Positions 19,932-31,489 of a DNA stretch of 64,000 nt are shown here, piece by piece; the stretch's first letter is position 1, and the number at the start of each line of letters is the position of its first letter. The stretch covers positions 1,084 to 65,083 of the forward strand of contig JBAZSE010000001.1 of the NCBI GenBank assembly GCA_041662565.1, in the 5' to 3' direction. The stretch comes from Patescibacteria group bacterium (lineage in GTDB: Bacteria > Patescibacteriota > Patescibacteriia > UBA1558 > UBA10009). The notes under the pieces are model-generated. The model saw nothing but the letters and a program-made list of their open reading frames with translations. It was not told the origin of the DNA and made no database searches. A program made the position numbers and the translations under genes.

Positions 19932-20967
19932 ACCCGAGCTGAAATGGGATGGGCGTAAAAATGCCGATTTATCCACAAAATTTCCCCTAATTTAAGCAAA
20001 AAATTGTATATTTTTAATGAATGTTAAACCAATTGTCATTAAAATCACAAAAAACCAGCGGATAAATCAATATTAGCCCCATTTTGTTGGGGTTATTGGT
20101 TGGACCGCTTGGATAAAAGCGGTTTTTTGTTTGTCTCTCAGCCAATTTATTGTACAAAAAACATATTTAAAAAAATGAAAGCCGGGGTTTGCGGGCCAGC
20201 AATTGGCCAATAAGCCCTGCCTTTCAAGGGGCAAGAACCTTGACAACTTAATAAGGAAAAAGAGCATCTTTCCTGATATTGAATCCAACCAATTTAATTT
20301 CAGGACTAATAAGTAAGTAATTCTTTTGCAATTTGGTGGTTACAACAAGAGCAAGTGGTGGATGCCTAGACATCAAAAGACGACGAAGGACGTAGCAGCC
20401 TGCGATAAGTCTCGGGGAGGTGGCAAGCAACCTTTGATCCGGGAATGTCCGAATGGGGAAACCCTCTGCCTTTTTAGGCGGAATCACTAACTGAATACAT
20501 AGGTTAGTAGAAGAAGACCTGGGGAATTGAAACATCTTAGTACCCAGAGGAATAAAAAGAAACAATGTTAGTTTTTAGTTTTTCGGTTGCGATTTTATCG
20601 CTGCCGATTAACTAGAAGCTAATTTCGATTCCCTTAGTAGTGGCGAGCGAAAAGGGAACAGCCCAAACCACATCAGTGTTTTTATGGAATGATAGGCCGC
20701 AAGGTTTATTGTGAAGTAATTTAAAGGTACAAGCCGTTGCTGATAGTGGTGTTGTGAGAAGTTGCGTTATGGAACTTGTAATCCATAGACAGAGCACTGT
20801 TTAGTTTCCTAGTAGAATCCGTTGGAAAACGGAGCCAAAGAAGGTGATAGCCCTGTACGCGAAAGGAGTAAGCACTCTGTGGTAATTTATCTCGAGTACC
20901 TCGGGACCCGTGAAATCCCGTGGGAAGCAAGCGCGACTATGCGCTAAGGCTAAATACTTTTGATGAT

Positions 20968-20998
<31 letters not shown>

Positions 20999-22488
20999 TA
21001 AAAGCACCCCGGTGAGGGGAATGAAATAGTATCTGAAACCATTTGCTTACAAAGAGTCAGAGCTCTGTAGAATTTATTTTATGGAGTGATGGCGTTCCTA
21101 TTGAAGAATGAACCAACGAGTGTGTAGATATTGCTAAATCTAATCTCTAAGGAGAGCAGGTGCAGCGAAAGCAAGTCTTAACGGGCGACATTAGTTTATT
21201 AGTTAGTCGAACGCAAGTTCGGCTGACTAATTTACTAAACGGCAGTATTTACACGACCCGAAACCAGGTGAGCTAGCCATGACCAGGGTGAAGCGACCGT
21301 AAAAAGTCGTGGAGGCCCGAACCCACTAGTCGTGTAACGCTAGGGGATGAGTTGTGGCTCGAGGAGAAATTCCAATCGAACTTGGCAATAGCTGGTTCTA
21401 CCCGAAATAGCTTTAGGGCTAGCCTCAAATGTTCCCTAGTGGCGGTAGAGCACTGGATGGGAAAGGGTGGGAAACCTTACCTTTCCTAATCAAACTCCGA
21501 ATGCCATTAGGCTAAAATTTGGGAGTCAGACTATGGGGGCTAAGCTCCATTAGTCAAAAGGGAAACAGCCCAGATCTCTATCTAAGGTCCCTAAATCCAA
21601 GTTAAGTGTGAAAAGTGGTGTTAGTTCTCGGACAACTAGGAGGTTGGCTTAGAAGCAGCCATCCTTTAAAGAAAGCGTAACAGCTCACTAGTCCAGAGCT
21701 TTCGCGCTGAAAATGTAACGGGGCTAAACTTGGTACCGAAGATGAGGGCTTTCTGTATTTATACAGGGAGCGGTAGGGTAGCATTCTATATCCGTTGAAG
21801 GGGCAATGTAAGTTGCGTCTGGAGGATATAGAAGAGAGAATGTTGGTATAAGTAGCAACAAGCTCGGTGAGAATCCGGGCCACCGTAAGCCTAAGGTTTC
21901 CTGGGCAATGAGAATCAACCCAGGGTTAGGCGATCCTAAGGCGAGGCTGAAAGGCGTAGCCGATGGAAGAGCAGGTTAATATTCCTGCCCTGCTATTATT
22001 TTCTGAAGGAGTGACGTTGTTTAGAGCTTTAAGCGCACATATGGTTATGGCGTTGCTCGGTACCGGATTATTCCATAGGCAAATCCGGGAATAGTTAAAT
22101 CTGGGACCGGTCAAAAGATTTTAGATTCGTCTAAGATCAATTTAAGGGGACAAACAACCAAGAAAAACTTCTAGGGCTAAAATAATAGCAACCGTACCAA
22201 AACCAACACAGGTAGGCGAGGCGAGTAGCCTCAGGTGTACGAGAGAACCCTCGTTAAGGAATTCGGCAAAACAGCGGTCGTAAGTTCGCAATAAGACCCT
22301 CCCACGAAACGCAAGTTTCTGTGGGACGCAGCAAAAGACTCCAAGCAACTGTTTACCAAAAACACAGGTCCCTGCTCAAACCGTAAGGTGAGGTATAGGG
22401 GCTGACGCCTGGCCAGTGTCAGAACGTTAAGGTGAGGGGTGCAAGCTCCGAGCTGAAGCGCTGATGAACGCCGGCGATAACTATAATC

Positions 22489-22520
<32 letters not shown>

Positions 22521-23059
22521 ATTCCGACCTGCACGAATGGCGTAATGATTTGGAGACTGTCTCAACGAGGGACTCGGCGAAATTGCAAGATGAGTAAAGA
22601 TGCTCATTACCCGTAGCTGGACGAAAAGACCCCATGAAGCTTTACTATAACTTGGTATTGGCTTAAGGATATTAGTGTTCAGAATAGGTGGGAGACTTTG
22701 AAGCCCCGACGTTAGTCGGGGTGGAGTCGAAATGTGAGATACCACCCTTTAATGTTTTTAAGTCTAACCCTACTCCTTGAATCAGGAGAGGGGACAGTAT
22801 CTGGTGGGTAGTTTAACTGGGGCGGTTGCCTCCTAAAATGTAACGGAGGCGTTTACAAAGGTTGGCTAGCTCCCGATGGAAACGGGAGTCGTCGTGCAAA
22901 CGCATAAGCCAGCTTTACTGCAAGGGCTACAACCCGAGCAGTTGCGAAAGCAGAAGTTAGTGATCCGACCGTTCGATATAGGACGGCGGAAGCTCAACGG
23001 ATAAAAGTTACTCTGGGGATAACAGGCTGATCGCATCCAAGCGTCCACAGCGACGATGC

Positions 23060-23100
<41 letters not shown>

Positions 23101-23131
23101 AAGAAGCTCCCAAGGGTTTGGCTGTTCGCCA

Positions 23132-23175
<44 letters not shown>

Positions 23176-23974
23176 AGAATTTTATCTTTTCGTCCATAAA
23201 TTTGTCTAATCTTAGACAAAAAGACCTTGCTGTCTATAAATTTGGCTATATGCTGGAAACTCTGGCAAATCCTCAACTATCAGGAGAATAGAGGATTGAA
23301 GAATCTCACACTACTTGTTATAATAATTATATAGCAAGTAAAAAAGTGTTGAGTGCAGACAATCAGCAGGGAAGGTCTATAAATGCAAGTTATGCTTAGC
23401 GGATTATATTTGCGGGTTTGTTGATGGGGAAGGAAGTTTTCATGTGGCGATCTATAAAGATCAAGCCATGAAATACGGAATAAAAATTATTCCGGAATTC
23501 CATGTTAGTCAACGAATCAGCAGTAAAAACGTGCTTGAGGAATTAAAAAGTTATTTTAACTGCGGTTACATTAAAGCTAACCACGCAGGCAAAATAACCG
23601 ACCAAACAATGGTTTACGTAGTTCGTAATCGTCAAGATTTACTGACTAAAATAATTCCTTTCTTTAAAAGTTTTCCTTTGCAAACTGAAAAAGGAAAATC
23701 TTTCATTATCTTTGCCAAAATTGTAAATATGCTGGCTAATGATAAGCATGCAAATAAATCCGGAATCAAGCAAATTCTAAAGTCGGCTTATTCTATGAAT
23801 AGAAATGGCCGTTATAGAAGAAAAATTATTGCTTTATAGAAACCCTCAGAGACTTTACGCCAAACCCCGGATTTTTTCGGGGAAGATATAGTCCGAACTC
23901 TATGGCGACATAGAGAATTCTAATGAAAGTTAGAATCTAATAAACTTGTTAAAAAGTTTATTTGTAACATATTG
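23176..23974 (+). mobile_element. Group I intron after 23S U2604 (E. coli numbering)
   Basis: Splits GAGACAGT|TCGGTC; ends in G; P/Q/R/S-like elements ATGCTGGAAA, AATCAGCAGG, TCAGAGACT, AAGATATAGTCC. Confidence 0.93.
23396..23839 (+). CDS. Intron-encoded single-motif LAGLIDADG homing endonuclease (start unclear / frameshifted)
   Basis: LADYICGFVDGEGSF in frame upstream of the GTG at 23444; F.VSQ, YFNCG, IIPFF..PL motifs. Confidence 0.85.
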   Translation, partial: LADYICGFVDGEGSFHVAIYKDQAMKYGIKIIPEFHVSQRISSKNVLEELKSYFNCGYIKANHAGKITDQTMVYVVRNRQDLLTKIIPFFKSFPLQTEKGKSFIIFAKIVNMLANDKHANKSGIKQILKSAYSMNRNGRYRRKIIAL

Positions 23975-24431
23975 TCGGTCTCCTATCCGCTACGGGCACA
24001 TTGAATCTTGAGTAGTCCCTTCCCTAGTACGAGAGGACCGGGAAGGACGAACCTCTAGTGGGCCGGTTGTCACACCAGTGGCATTGCCGGGTAGCTACGT
24101 TCGGTTTGGATAAACGCTGAAAGCATCTAAGCGTGAAGCTGTCTACAAGATTAGGATTCGTATTTACAAGACCCCTGCGAGATTAGCAGGTTGATAGGCC
24201 GTAGGTGTAAGGCCAGCAATGGCTTTAGCCGAGCGGTACTAATCGGTCGAGTAACCACCAATTTATAAAAGAATTATTTTGAGTTTGGTTGAATTATCTT
24301 CGCCTTTGCTCAATGTGATTGCTCTTTTTCCTTAAAAGTTGTACAATTCTTTTAATATATGATTACATATAAGCTCCTCGGTTCGGAAGTGAAAAAATAT
24401 TTTTTTTCACTTCTCTCACTCTACGTCGCTT

Positions 24432-24539
24432 ATGATGAAAGAATTAAAAGGCAGTATTAATTTAGTTTTGGTATTTTTAGTTGTAGTTGGTTTGATTGTT
24501 CTGATTTTTTTGTTAGCTCCGGATAGCATGCAGTTATAA
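24432..24539 (+). CDS. 35-aa single-TM small protein in 23S-5S spacer
   Basis: MMKELKGSINLVLVFLVVVGLIVLIFLLAPDSMQL*. Confidence 0.5.
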   Translation: MMKELKGSINLVLVFLVVVGLIVLIFLLAPDSMQL

Positions 24540-24556
24540 AATAAAAGGTGGTAAAA

Positions 24557-24673
<117 letters not shown>

Positions 24674-24857
24674 TTTTACCACTTTTTTTGTTGCCAAAAA
24701 ACCAGTCTTGACACCGGCTGATATTATTGTTAAGGTTTGATATAGTTCAAATTAAGTTCTTTAAAAACATCAAGGAATAAAGGGTTTTAAATCAGAAAGG
24801 ATATTCTGATTCAGGGCTTTTTGTTACTTTAAATCACATAACCATTGAGGTTTACCA

Positions 24858-25973
24858 ATGACGGTGGTCTCTTTTCCAGAAAAAGTCAAGCCCAAAGTGG
24901 GCGAGATTATTGATGTTCCCGGGTTGGGTCTGATGCAGGTTATAAAAACCTACGGCGAAGGATCTTTTTGCCGCGATGTTCTTCTGGGCGAGAAAATGGA
25001 CATCTCCAAGGCATGGTTGATGGTCAAGAATTTCGAAACCCAGGATCATCAAAATGTAAGTTCGGCTGAAGAAGCAAACTTCATCCAAGCAGGCATTTTG
25101 CATTATCGTCAGCGGATGATCCATGCTCAGGTCTCCGTTGTGGTTGGTATCGGTTTCAACAGCTACACCAATGGTGGCAAAACCCAGCTCTTGCAATATG
25201 AGGCCTATGCGGGTGAGACGGGTTCGGATTTGCTCTGGCAGTTGTCGGACGAAGGGGCGGAAGCTTTGATAATCGCGATCTATCGGCAAATCATCCAGCC
25301 GGTTTTTGATCATTGCTCTGACCCCCTGCACGATGGCTGGCTACTGGACGGTTTGGATGCCAAAATCCGCAATGTTGCAGTTACTGGAGACATGAGAGCT
25401 GGCTTCAAGTGCACCTACGTGGATCTTTTCAGTTGGAAAACTTCGTCCATGACTCCTTCTGGGAGGGTTTACTCTCTTGAATATCCTGAGCCCACTGATG
25501 TGCTGGCAATTGAACTCGGGAAAATCAGGAGCTACTACAAGCCCGGCATCATGATGGATTTTTGGATGTCTCTAGTTAGGGTTAAGCCAGAAAAGGCGGA
25601 TCTTTACTATCAAGTGATGAGTAAACTTGCTCAAGAGGCAAATTCTACTCATAGTTTGATGGAAAAGGTTAGGGAGTACGTCCAGGGTAATAACCTAAGT
25701 GTAGGCAGGTTGGCTCTACATCAAGTCAAAAAACTGATCGCTGATTGGGGTCCGAAGGACGCCTTCAAGATCCGTTTGTTTGCCTGCGCCTTGGCCTTCC
25801 ATCGTAGTACAGCAAGGGCTTTACTACCTAAGGTATTTGGAACTACCCACTTTCAGGAGGGTCCACCCACCAGAATTGAAGAAGCCAAGGAGTTGCTTCT
25901 GCAGATGTGCGCTTGCCCCATTACTTCAAAGAGGGAGCGCTCGAGAGTCAAATCCTCAACAGCCAATGTTTAA
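24858..25973 (+). CDS. Hypothetical protein with protein-kinase-like motifs
   Basis: GEGSF, LMVK, DAKIRN, YVDLF in kinase order; own promoter TTGACA at 24708 and terminator near 26000-26032. Confidence 0.6.
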   Translation: MTVVSFPEKVKPKVGEIIDVPGLGLMQVIKTYGEGSFCRDVLLGEKMDISKAWLMVKNFETQDHQNVSSAEEANFIQAGILHYRQRMIHAQVSVVVGIGFNSYTNGGKTQLLQYEAYAGETGSDLLWQLSDEGAEALIIAIYRQIIQPVFDHCSDPLHDGWLLDGLDAKIRNVAVTGDMRAGFKCTYVDLFSWKTSSMTPSGRVYSLEYPEPTDVLAIELGKIRSYYKPGIMMDFWMSLVRVKPEKADLYYQVMSKLAQEANSTHSLMEKVREYVQGNNLSVGRLALHQVKKLIADWGPKDAFKIRLFACALAFHRSTARALLPKVFGTTHFQEGPPTRIEEAKELLLQMCACPITSKRERSRVKSSTANV

Positions 25974-26092
25974 TTGGCAATTTCGTGCCTTTTGGCAACC
26001 CGGTCACTCATCTGTAGTGGCCGGTCTTTTTTACAAAAAAACCGTCCTGATTCGCAAAGCAAGATCGAGACGGTTTGGAAAAGTTAATTAGT

Positions 26093-27235
26093 TTAGCGGT
26101 TTATTTTATCAATTAATTTTTGATAGGGTTGATCAATAAATTTAATGTGGCCGATCATGGAGTTAAGATAAGCAAAATATTTTGGAGTTGGCAGCATTTT
26201 TTTGGCATTAAAATAAGAGCTATTCATTTTTTTGGTAACATCAGCAAAAAGTTTTAAATCCATAACTTTAACACCAAATTTATTTTTTTGATAATCAACC
26301 ACGCAAGCTTTGCCAAAATTATTTTTGGCTATTAAGCTAACGCCCGCCTGCCCTAGTTTTATGCCCATTTGCCAATCTAAGGGTAATGGCTCGCCACTTT
26401 GAAAATAGTTTAAAGGCAGGATAATTTTTGTAGTTAGACCTAATTTGTTTTCAATTTTTTCTTTTAACTTAATGCTTAAAAACTCTTGCCTAATATTGCC
26501 AAAACCATCGAATTGAGTGTCTAAAATTCCTTTTAATCCTTTAATGTGGGCGTCTTTGGATAAGGCAATAACACAATAGTTGCCATTGGCTTCGTATTTT
26601 TGTTTTACCAACTTAATTATATCGGCCAAATCAAATTGCCATTCGGGCGGGATAACTATATCGGCCCCTCCTAAAGCGGTGCTGCAAGTTAGCCAACCGG
26701 CATCAGCGCCATACATTTCAATAATATAAACTCTGCTCAAAGCATAAGCCGAATCTTCTTTGGTCTCGGCGGTAAGTTTTGCCGCGTAATAGGCGGCTGT
26801 AGGAAAGCCCGGAGAAAAATAAGTAATTGGCAAATCATTATCAACTGTTTTGGGTAAGCCGATAATAGGAATATTTTCTTGCAAAAACAATTTAGCGGCT
26901 GCTCCTAAAGTATCGTTGCCACCAATAGCCACAATGCCATCAATTTTGTATTTCGCAATTTTTTCTTTAAGATTAAAAATTCCACCCGGCACTTTAAGAG
27001 GATTTGTTCTGGAAGAGCGTAAAAAATTACCACCACGGTTTTTAATGGCTTCAATGTTAAGTTTTGTTAAATCAACAATAGGAGCGTGTTGTACCAAAGA
27101 AGCCCAACCATGCAGGCCGCCTAATATTTTATAGTTTAGCTTGCGGGCTTGCTTAATGGCTCCGTATAAAGTGGCATTTAGCGCCGAGGCCAAACCGCCG
27201 CTGGTTAATAAAAGAATGGTTTTTTTATTTTTCAC
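26093..27235 (-). CDS. pfkA: 6-phosphofructokinase, PPi-type signature
   Basis: SSRTNP, GGNDT, PKTVDND, EMYG..AGWL, PE motifs. Confidence 0.88.
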   Translation of the reverse strand: MKNKKTILLLTSGGLASALNATLYGAIKQARKLNYKILGGLHGWASLVQHAPIVDLTKLNIEAIKNRGGNFLRSSRTNPLKVPGGIFNLKEKIAKYKIDGIVAIGGNDTLGAAAKLFLQENIPIIGLPKTVDNDLPITYFSPGFPTAAYYAAKLTAETKEDSAYALSRVYIIEMYGADAGWLTCSTALGGADIVIPPEWQFDLADIIKLVKQKYEANGNYCVIALSKDAHIKGLKGILDTQFDGFGNIRQEFLSIKLKEKIENKLGLTTKIILPLNYFQSGEPLPLDWQMGIKLGQAGVSLIAKNNFGKACVVDYQKNKFGVKVMDLKLFADVTKKMNSSYFNAKKMLPTPKYFAYLNSMIGHIKFIDQPYQKLIDKINR

Positions 27236-27432
27236 AAAGTAAATGTAATCATATAATATAGGATATTGTATGATTAATTGGTCAATAAGTCAACTTTAAT
27301 AATATAACTAGACATTTGAAATATAAATATTTATCTAATATTAGCCAAAATGTTAAGTTATCCACAAAAAGTGTAGAAAAAAAATTGACAAATTAATTCT
27401 TTAGAGTAGAATAGATTTATATTCAAAAAAGT

Positions 27433-28173
27433 ATGGAAATTAACCCCATTTTAAAACAATTAGGCCTATCGGATAAAGAAATCTTGGTCTATCTGGCTTT
27501 GCTTTCATCCGGCCCTGCTTCGGTTAGGTCTTTGGCTAAAGTTAGCGGCATTAACCGCGGTACAACTTATGATATTTTAAAGTCCTTAAAAGATAGCGGC
27601 TTGGTTAGTTATTATCATAAGGCCACCAAGCAGTTTTTTGTAGCCGAAGATCCTTCGGCCTTAAATAAGGCGCTGGAACAAAGAATGGATAAGTTGCAGG
27701 AAGTAAAGAAAAATTTAAGCCAAGTGATCCCCGAGCTTAAATCCTTGTTTGATTCATCCGGCGATAAGCCGGTAGTAAAATATTACGAAGGTTTGGGTGG
27801 CGTAAAAACGGTATTAGCCGATGTTTTGGAAACCACAGCCAGCGCGCCGGAAAAACTTTATTATGTTTTTTCTTCCGCCGCCATTAGGGATTATGTTTAT
27901 CGAGCTTGGCCAGCGTTTACCAAAGAGAGGATTAAAAAAAATATCCAAGTTAAGGTAATTGCCTTGGGGCACAAAGGAACGTTGGCCGCACTTTCGGAAA
28001 AAAAATCTTTAAATACCGATAAAAGTTCGCCGACTTACATCTTAATTTATCCCGGCAAAGTTGCAATGGTTTCGGTTAATAATACCAAACAGCCCTTGGG
28101 CTTGATTATTGAAGATGAAGCGTTATATCAAACTCAATTGCAGTTGTTTAATTTTATCTGGAATATTTTGTAA
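27433..28173 (+). CDS. TrmB family transcriptional regulator
   Basis: LGLSDKEILVYLALL..wHTH; PVVKYYEG. Confidence 0.9.
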   Translation: MEINPILKQLGLSDKEILVYLALLSSGPASVRSLAKVSGINRGTTYDILKSLKDSGLVSYYHKATKQFFVAEDPSALNKALEQRMDKLQEVKKNLSQVIPELKSLFDSSGDKPVVKYYEGLGGVKTVLADVLETTASAPEKLYYVFSSAAIRDYVYRAWPAFTKERIKKNIQVKVIALGHKGTLAALSEKKSLNTDKSSPTYILIYPGKVAMVSVNNTKQPLGLIIEDEALYQTQLQLFNFIWNIL

Positions 28174-28192
28174 ATAATTTATCCTTAAACTT

Positions 28193-30025
28193 ATGTGTGG
28201 AATTATCGGTTACTTGGGTAAGCAAAATAGTTTGCCTATTATCATGGAGGGTTTGCAAAGAATGGAATACCGCGGCTATGATAGCGCCGGCATTGCTTTA
28301 ATTGCCAAGGGTGATTTAAAAGTCATAAAAAAACAAGGCAAGCTTGGCAATTTAAAAGATTTGCTTCATGGCCAAGAATTTTTTTCTAACCTGGGTTTGG
28401 GTCATATCAGGTGGGCCACTCATGGCGTACCAAATGATATTAATTCCCATCCCCATCTTGATTGCCAAGGAAAAATTGCCATTGTTCATAACGGCATAAT
28501 AGAAAATATGGCCGAGCTTAAAGCCGAACTGATAGCTGAGGGGCATGTTTTAAAAAGCCAAACAGATAGCGAACTTTTTGCCCACTTGATAGAAAAATAT
28601 TATACAGCCGGAAATTTATCAGAAGCCGTTAAACAGGCCTTAAGTAGGGTTAGGGGTGCTTACGGTTTGGCCGTTTTATCATCTCAAGATCCGGATAAAA
28701 TAATTGCCGCTCGGTTGGGCAGCCCTTTGGTGTTGGGTATTTTACCGGAAGGCGGTTATTTAGTAGCTTCGGATGTTACAGCTATGCTGCCGTTTACCAA
28801 AGAAGTGGTTTATTTAAATGACGGCGAAGTTGTTGAGGTTACGGCGGAAAATTATTCTATCAGTAAGGAAGGCGAAATTTTAAGCCAAAGGCCCAGCCAA
28901 AAGGTTGATTGGGATTTAACATCAGCGGAAAAAGAGGGTTATGAGCATTTTATGCTTAAAGAAATTATGGAAGGCCCTAAAGTCATTATGGATTCCTTGC
29001 GCGGCCGGGTAATGTTGGAGGAAAGTAATGTTAAGCTGGGCGGTTTGATTGATGTATTGCCTAAACTGGCTTTAGCTAAAAGAATTATTTTTGTGGCTTG
29101 CGGCACGGCTCATTATGCTTGCCGTTTGGGCGAATATTTAATTGAAAGCCAAACAGGTTTGCCGGTGGAAGTGGAGTATGCCTCGGAATTTAGATACAGT
29201 GAGGCCGTTTTAGAGCCCGGTACTATTGTTATTGCCATTAGCCAATCGGGCGAAACGGCTGATACGCTAGCAGCCATCAAACAAGCAAAAAAACTTGGCG
29301 CTTTAACTTTAGCCATTGTTAATGTGGTTGGTTCCAGTGTGGCTCGTGAAACAAGCGCCGGTGTTTACAACCATATTGGCCCGGAAATTTCCGTGGCCTC
29401 CACCAAGGCCTTTATTTCCCAGCTAGTTATTTTAGTTTTGTTAACGGTGCTCCTGGGGCGCCAACGCCAGATGCTGCCCGAAAAAGCCAAAGAAATTTTA
29501 AATGAGTTATTGGCTTTGCCGGAAAAAATTAAATTTATTTTAAGCCAAAAAGAACAAATTGAAAACATAGCGAAAAAATACGCTTCATCTCCTAATTTTA
29601 TTTTTATCGGCCGTAAGTGCAACTACCCCATTGCTTTGGAAGGCGCTTTAAAATTAAAGGAGGTTTCTTATATTCATGCTGAAGGCTATCCGGCCGGTGA
29701 ACTAAAGCATGGCCCGTTGGCGTTAATAGATAGCACCTGGCCAATAGTGGCTATTGTGCCGCAGGATAGCGTTTATGAAAAAACTTTAAGCAATTTGGAA
29801 GAAGTTAAGGCCAGGCAGGGACAAATTATTGCTATTGCCACGGCAGGTGATGAGCTGGTTAAGCAGGCGGCCACCGAAGTAATTTACGTGCCTAAAACTT
29901 TGGAAATTCTATCGCCTATATTAAATGTTGTGCCTTTACAACTTTTGGCATATTATATAGCTAGGGAGAGGGGTTGCCCTATTGATCAGCCGCGTAATTT
30001 AGCTAAGAGTGTAACTGTGGAATAG
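28193..30025 (+). CDS. glmS: Glutamine-fructose-6-phosphate aminotransferase
   Basis: MCGI.., RWATHG, SQSGETADT, PRNLAKSVTVE. Confidence 0.98.
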   Translation: MCGIIGYLGKQNSLPIIMEGLQRMEYRGYDSAGIALIAKGDLKVIKKQGKLGNLKDLLHGQEFFSNLGLGHIRWATHGVPNDINSHPHLDCQGKIAIVHNGIIENMAELKAELIAEGHVLKSQTDSELFAHLIEKYYTAGNLSEAVKQALSRVRGAYGLAVLSSQDPDKIIAARLGSPLVLGILPEGGYLVASDVTAMLPFTKEVVYLNDGEVVEVTAENYSISKEGEILSQRPSQKVDWDLTSAEKEGYEHFMLKEIMEGPKVIMDSLRGRVMLEESNVKLGGLIDVLPKLALAKRIIFVACGTAHYACRLGEYLIESQTGLPVEVEYASEFRYSEAVLEPGTIVIAISQSGETADTLAAIKQAKKLGALTLAIVNVVGSSVARETSAGVYNHIGPEISVASTKAFISQLVILVLLTVLLGRQRQMLPEKAKEILNELLALPEKIKFILSQKEQIENIAKKYASSPNFIFIGRKCNYPIALEGALKLKEVSYIHAEGYPAGELKHGPLALIDSTWPIVAIVPQDSVYEKTLSNLEEVKARQGQIIAIATAGDELVKQAATEVIYVPKTLEILSPILNVVPLQLLAYYIARERGCPIDQPRNLAKSVTVE

Positions 30026-30032
30026 TTATGAA

Positions 30033-30148
30033 TCGGCTAAGGGATATTTTGATTTCACGAGGATCTGTTTGAGTCTAGCTCCGCCTTGACCGTAGGGCAA
30101 GCGGAGCTGACGAGTTATGCGAGTGAAAGAAAAATATCCCTTAGACGA
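30033..30148. repeat. MITE-like inverted repeat element
   Basis: CTAAGGGATATTTT...AAAATATCCCTTAG with internal AGCTCCGC/GCGGAGCT hairpin. Confidence 0.6.
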
Positions 30149-30218
30149 TGAAATTAATTCAATAATTAAATTAATCCCTAAAGCAGAGCTTTGCTCGCTT
30201 TAGGGTAAACAAAAAAAT

Positions 30219-31445
30219 ATGAAAGCATTAGTCAAAAGCAAGCCGATTGTTGGTCAGGAATGGCCAAAGGGTTTAAAAATAGAAGAACGTCCTGAACCGC
30301 AAATTAAAGATTCAGGCGAGGTTAAACTTAAAGTATTAGCTGCTGCTTTATGCGGGACCGATATTTCCATTTACAATTCCACTGATGCCTTAAAAGAATC
30401 AATGAAAAATATCAATGAAAATGGCGTGATTACCGGGCACGAGTTTTGCAGTGAATTGGTGGAAGCCGGCGAAGCGGCTAAGAAAAAGATTTTTGATTTA
30501 ATTCTCGTTTTTTATGCCGATAATCAATTAGTTAAAGATTTTATCAACAGTCGGAGTAAGGAGGAAGTTGTAGCCGATCCGACTTGGTTGGATTTTGTAA
30601 AAAATAATTTTTATCTCACAGCGGAAATGCATTTGGTTTGTTGGCAATGCCGCCAATGTCAAAATAATGAAAGCCATGCTTGCAAAAACACTATCATTAA
30701 GGGCTTGCATCAGGATGGTGCTTTTGCCCCATACGTAGTCGTGCCATCCAGCAATTTGATTATTTTTTTAAAGAATGAGTTGCCAGTGGAAATTATCGCC
30801 TTTATGGATGCCATTGGCAATGCCACGCATACCGTTCAATCGGCCGGCGTGGAGGGGAAAAATATTTTAATTTTAGGTGCTGGCATCCAGGGGTTGATGG
30901 CTGTGGCTGTTGCCCGTAAAATGGGAGCCGCCAAGATTTTTATCAATGATGCTTCTGATCCTGCCCGTGGTTTAACGCCCGAAGTTTTGCAATCAACCAA
31001 GTTTGCTATGGCTAAAAAATTGGGTGCTGATTATTGTTTTGATGTGTCGTTGCAAAAAGCGGAGTTTGAACAAAAAGTTAAAGAGGTTACCAATGAAACG
31101 GGAGTGGATGCGGTTTTGGAAATGTCCGGTTCATATTACGCCCTGGCTGACGGTTTTAAAAATGTGCGCATGGCCGGCGTGATCGCTTTATTGGGCTTGC
31201 CTTCGGGCAAAATGGAAGTGGATTTTTCCAAGGATATAATTTTTAGGGGCATAACCGTTAAAGGAGTAATTGGCCGCCAAATGTTTAAAACATGGGAAGT
31301 TATGCGTACTATTTTAACCTCTGGCTTGGCTGAATTGTTAATTAAAAGCGGAATTGTGACCCATGATTTGCCTTTGGAAAAATTCGAAGAAGGTTTTGCC
31401 GCCCTTAAAAAAGGCGAAGCGTTAAAAGTATTATTAAGGCCGTAA
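30219..31445 (+). CDS. tdh: L-threonine 3-dehydrogenase (Zn-dependent) with internal insertion
   Basis: CGTD, GHEF, CxxCxxC..C, GNATHT, GRQMFKTW; adjacent to kbl. Confidence 0.88.
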   Translation: MKALVKSKPIVGQEWPKGLKIEERPEPQIKDSGEVKLKVLAAALCGTDISIYNSTDALKESMKNINENGVITGHEFCSELVEAGEAAKKKIFDLILVFYADNQLVKDFINSRSKEEVVADPTWLDFVKNNFYLTAEMHLVCWQCRQCQNNESHACKNTIIKGLHQDGAFAPYVVVPSSNLIIFLKNELPVEIIAFMDAIGNATHTVQSAGVEGKNILILGAGIQGLMAVAVARKMGAAKIFINDASDPARGLTPEVLQSTKFAMAKKLGADYCFDVSLQKAEFEQKVKEVTNETGVDAVLEMSGSYYALADGFKNVRMAGVIALLGLPSGKMEVDFSKDIIFRGITVKGVIGRQMFKTWEVMRTILTSGLAELLIKSGIVTHDLPLEKFEEGFAALKKGEALKVLLRP

Positions 31446-31489
31446 AATTAGTTGCCGATTATTAGTTACCGGCATTTAAGTTCAAATAT

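Noticed and set aside
28174-28192. glmS ribozyme
   Set aside because: Only 19 nt separate trmB and glmS; no room or motif
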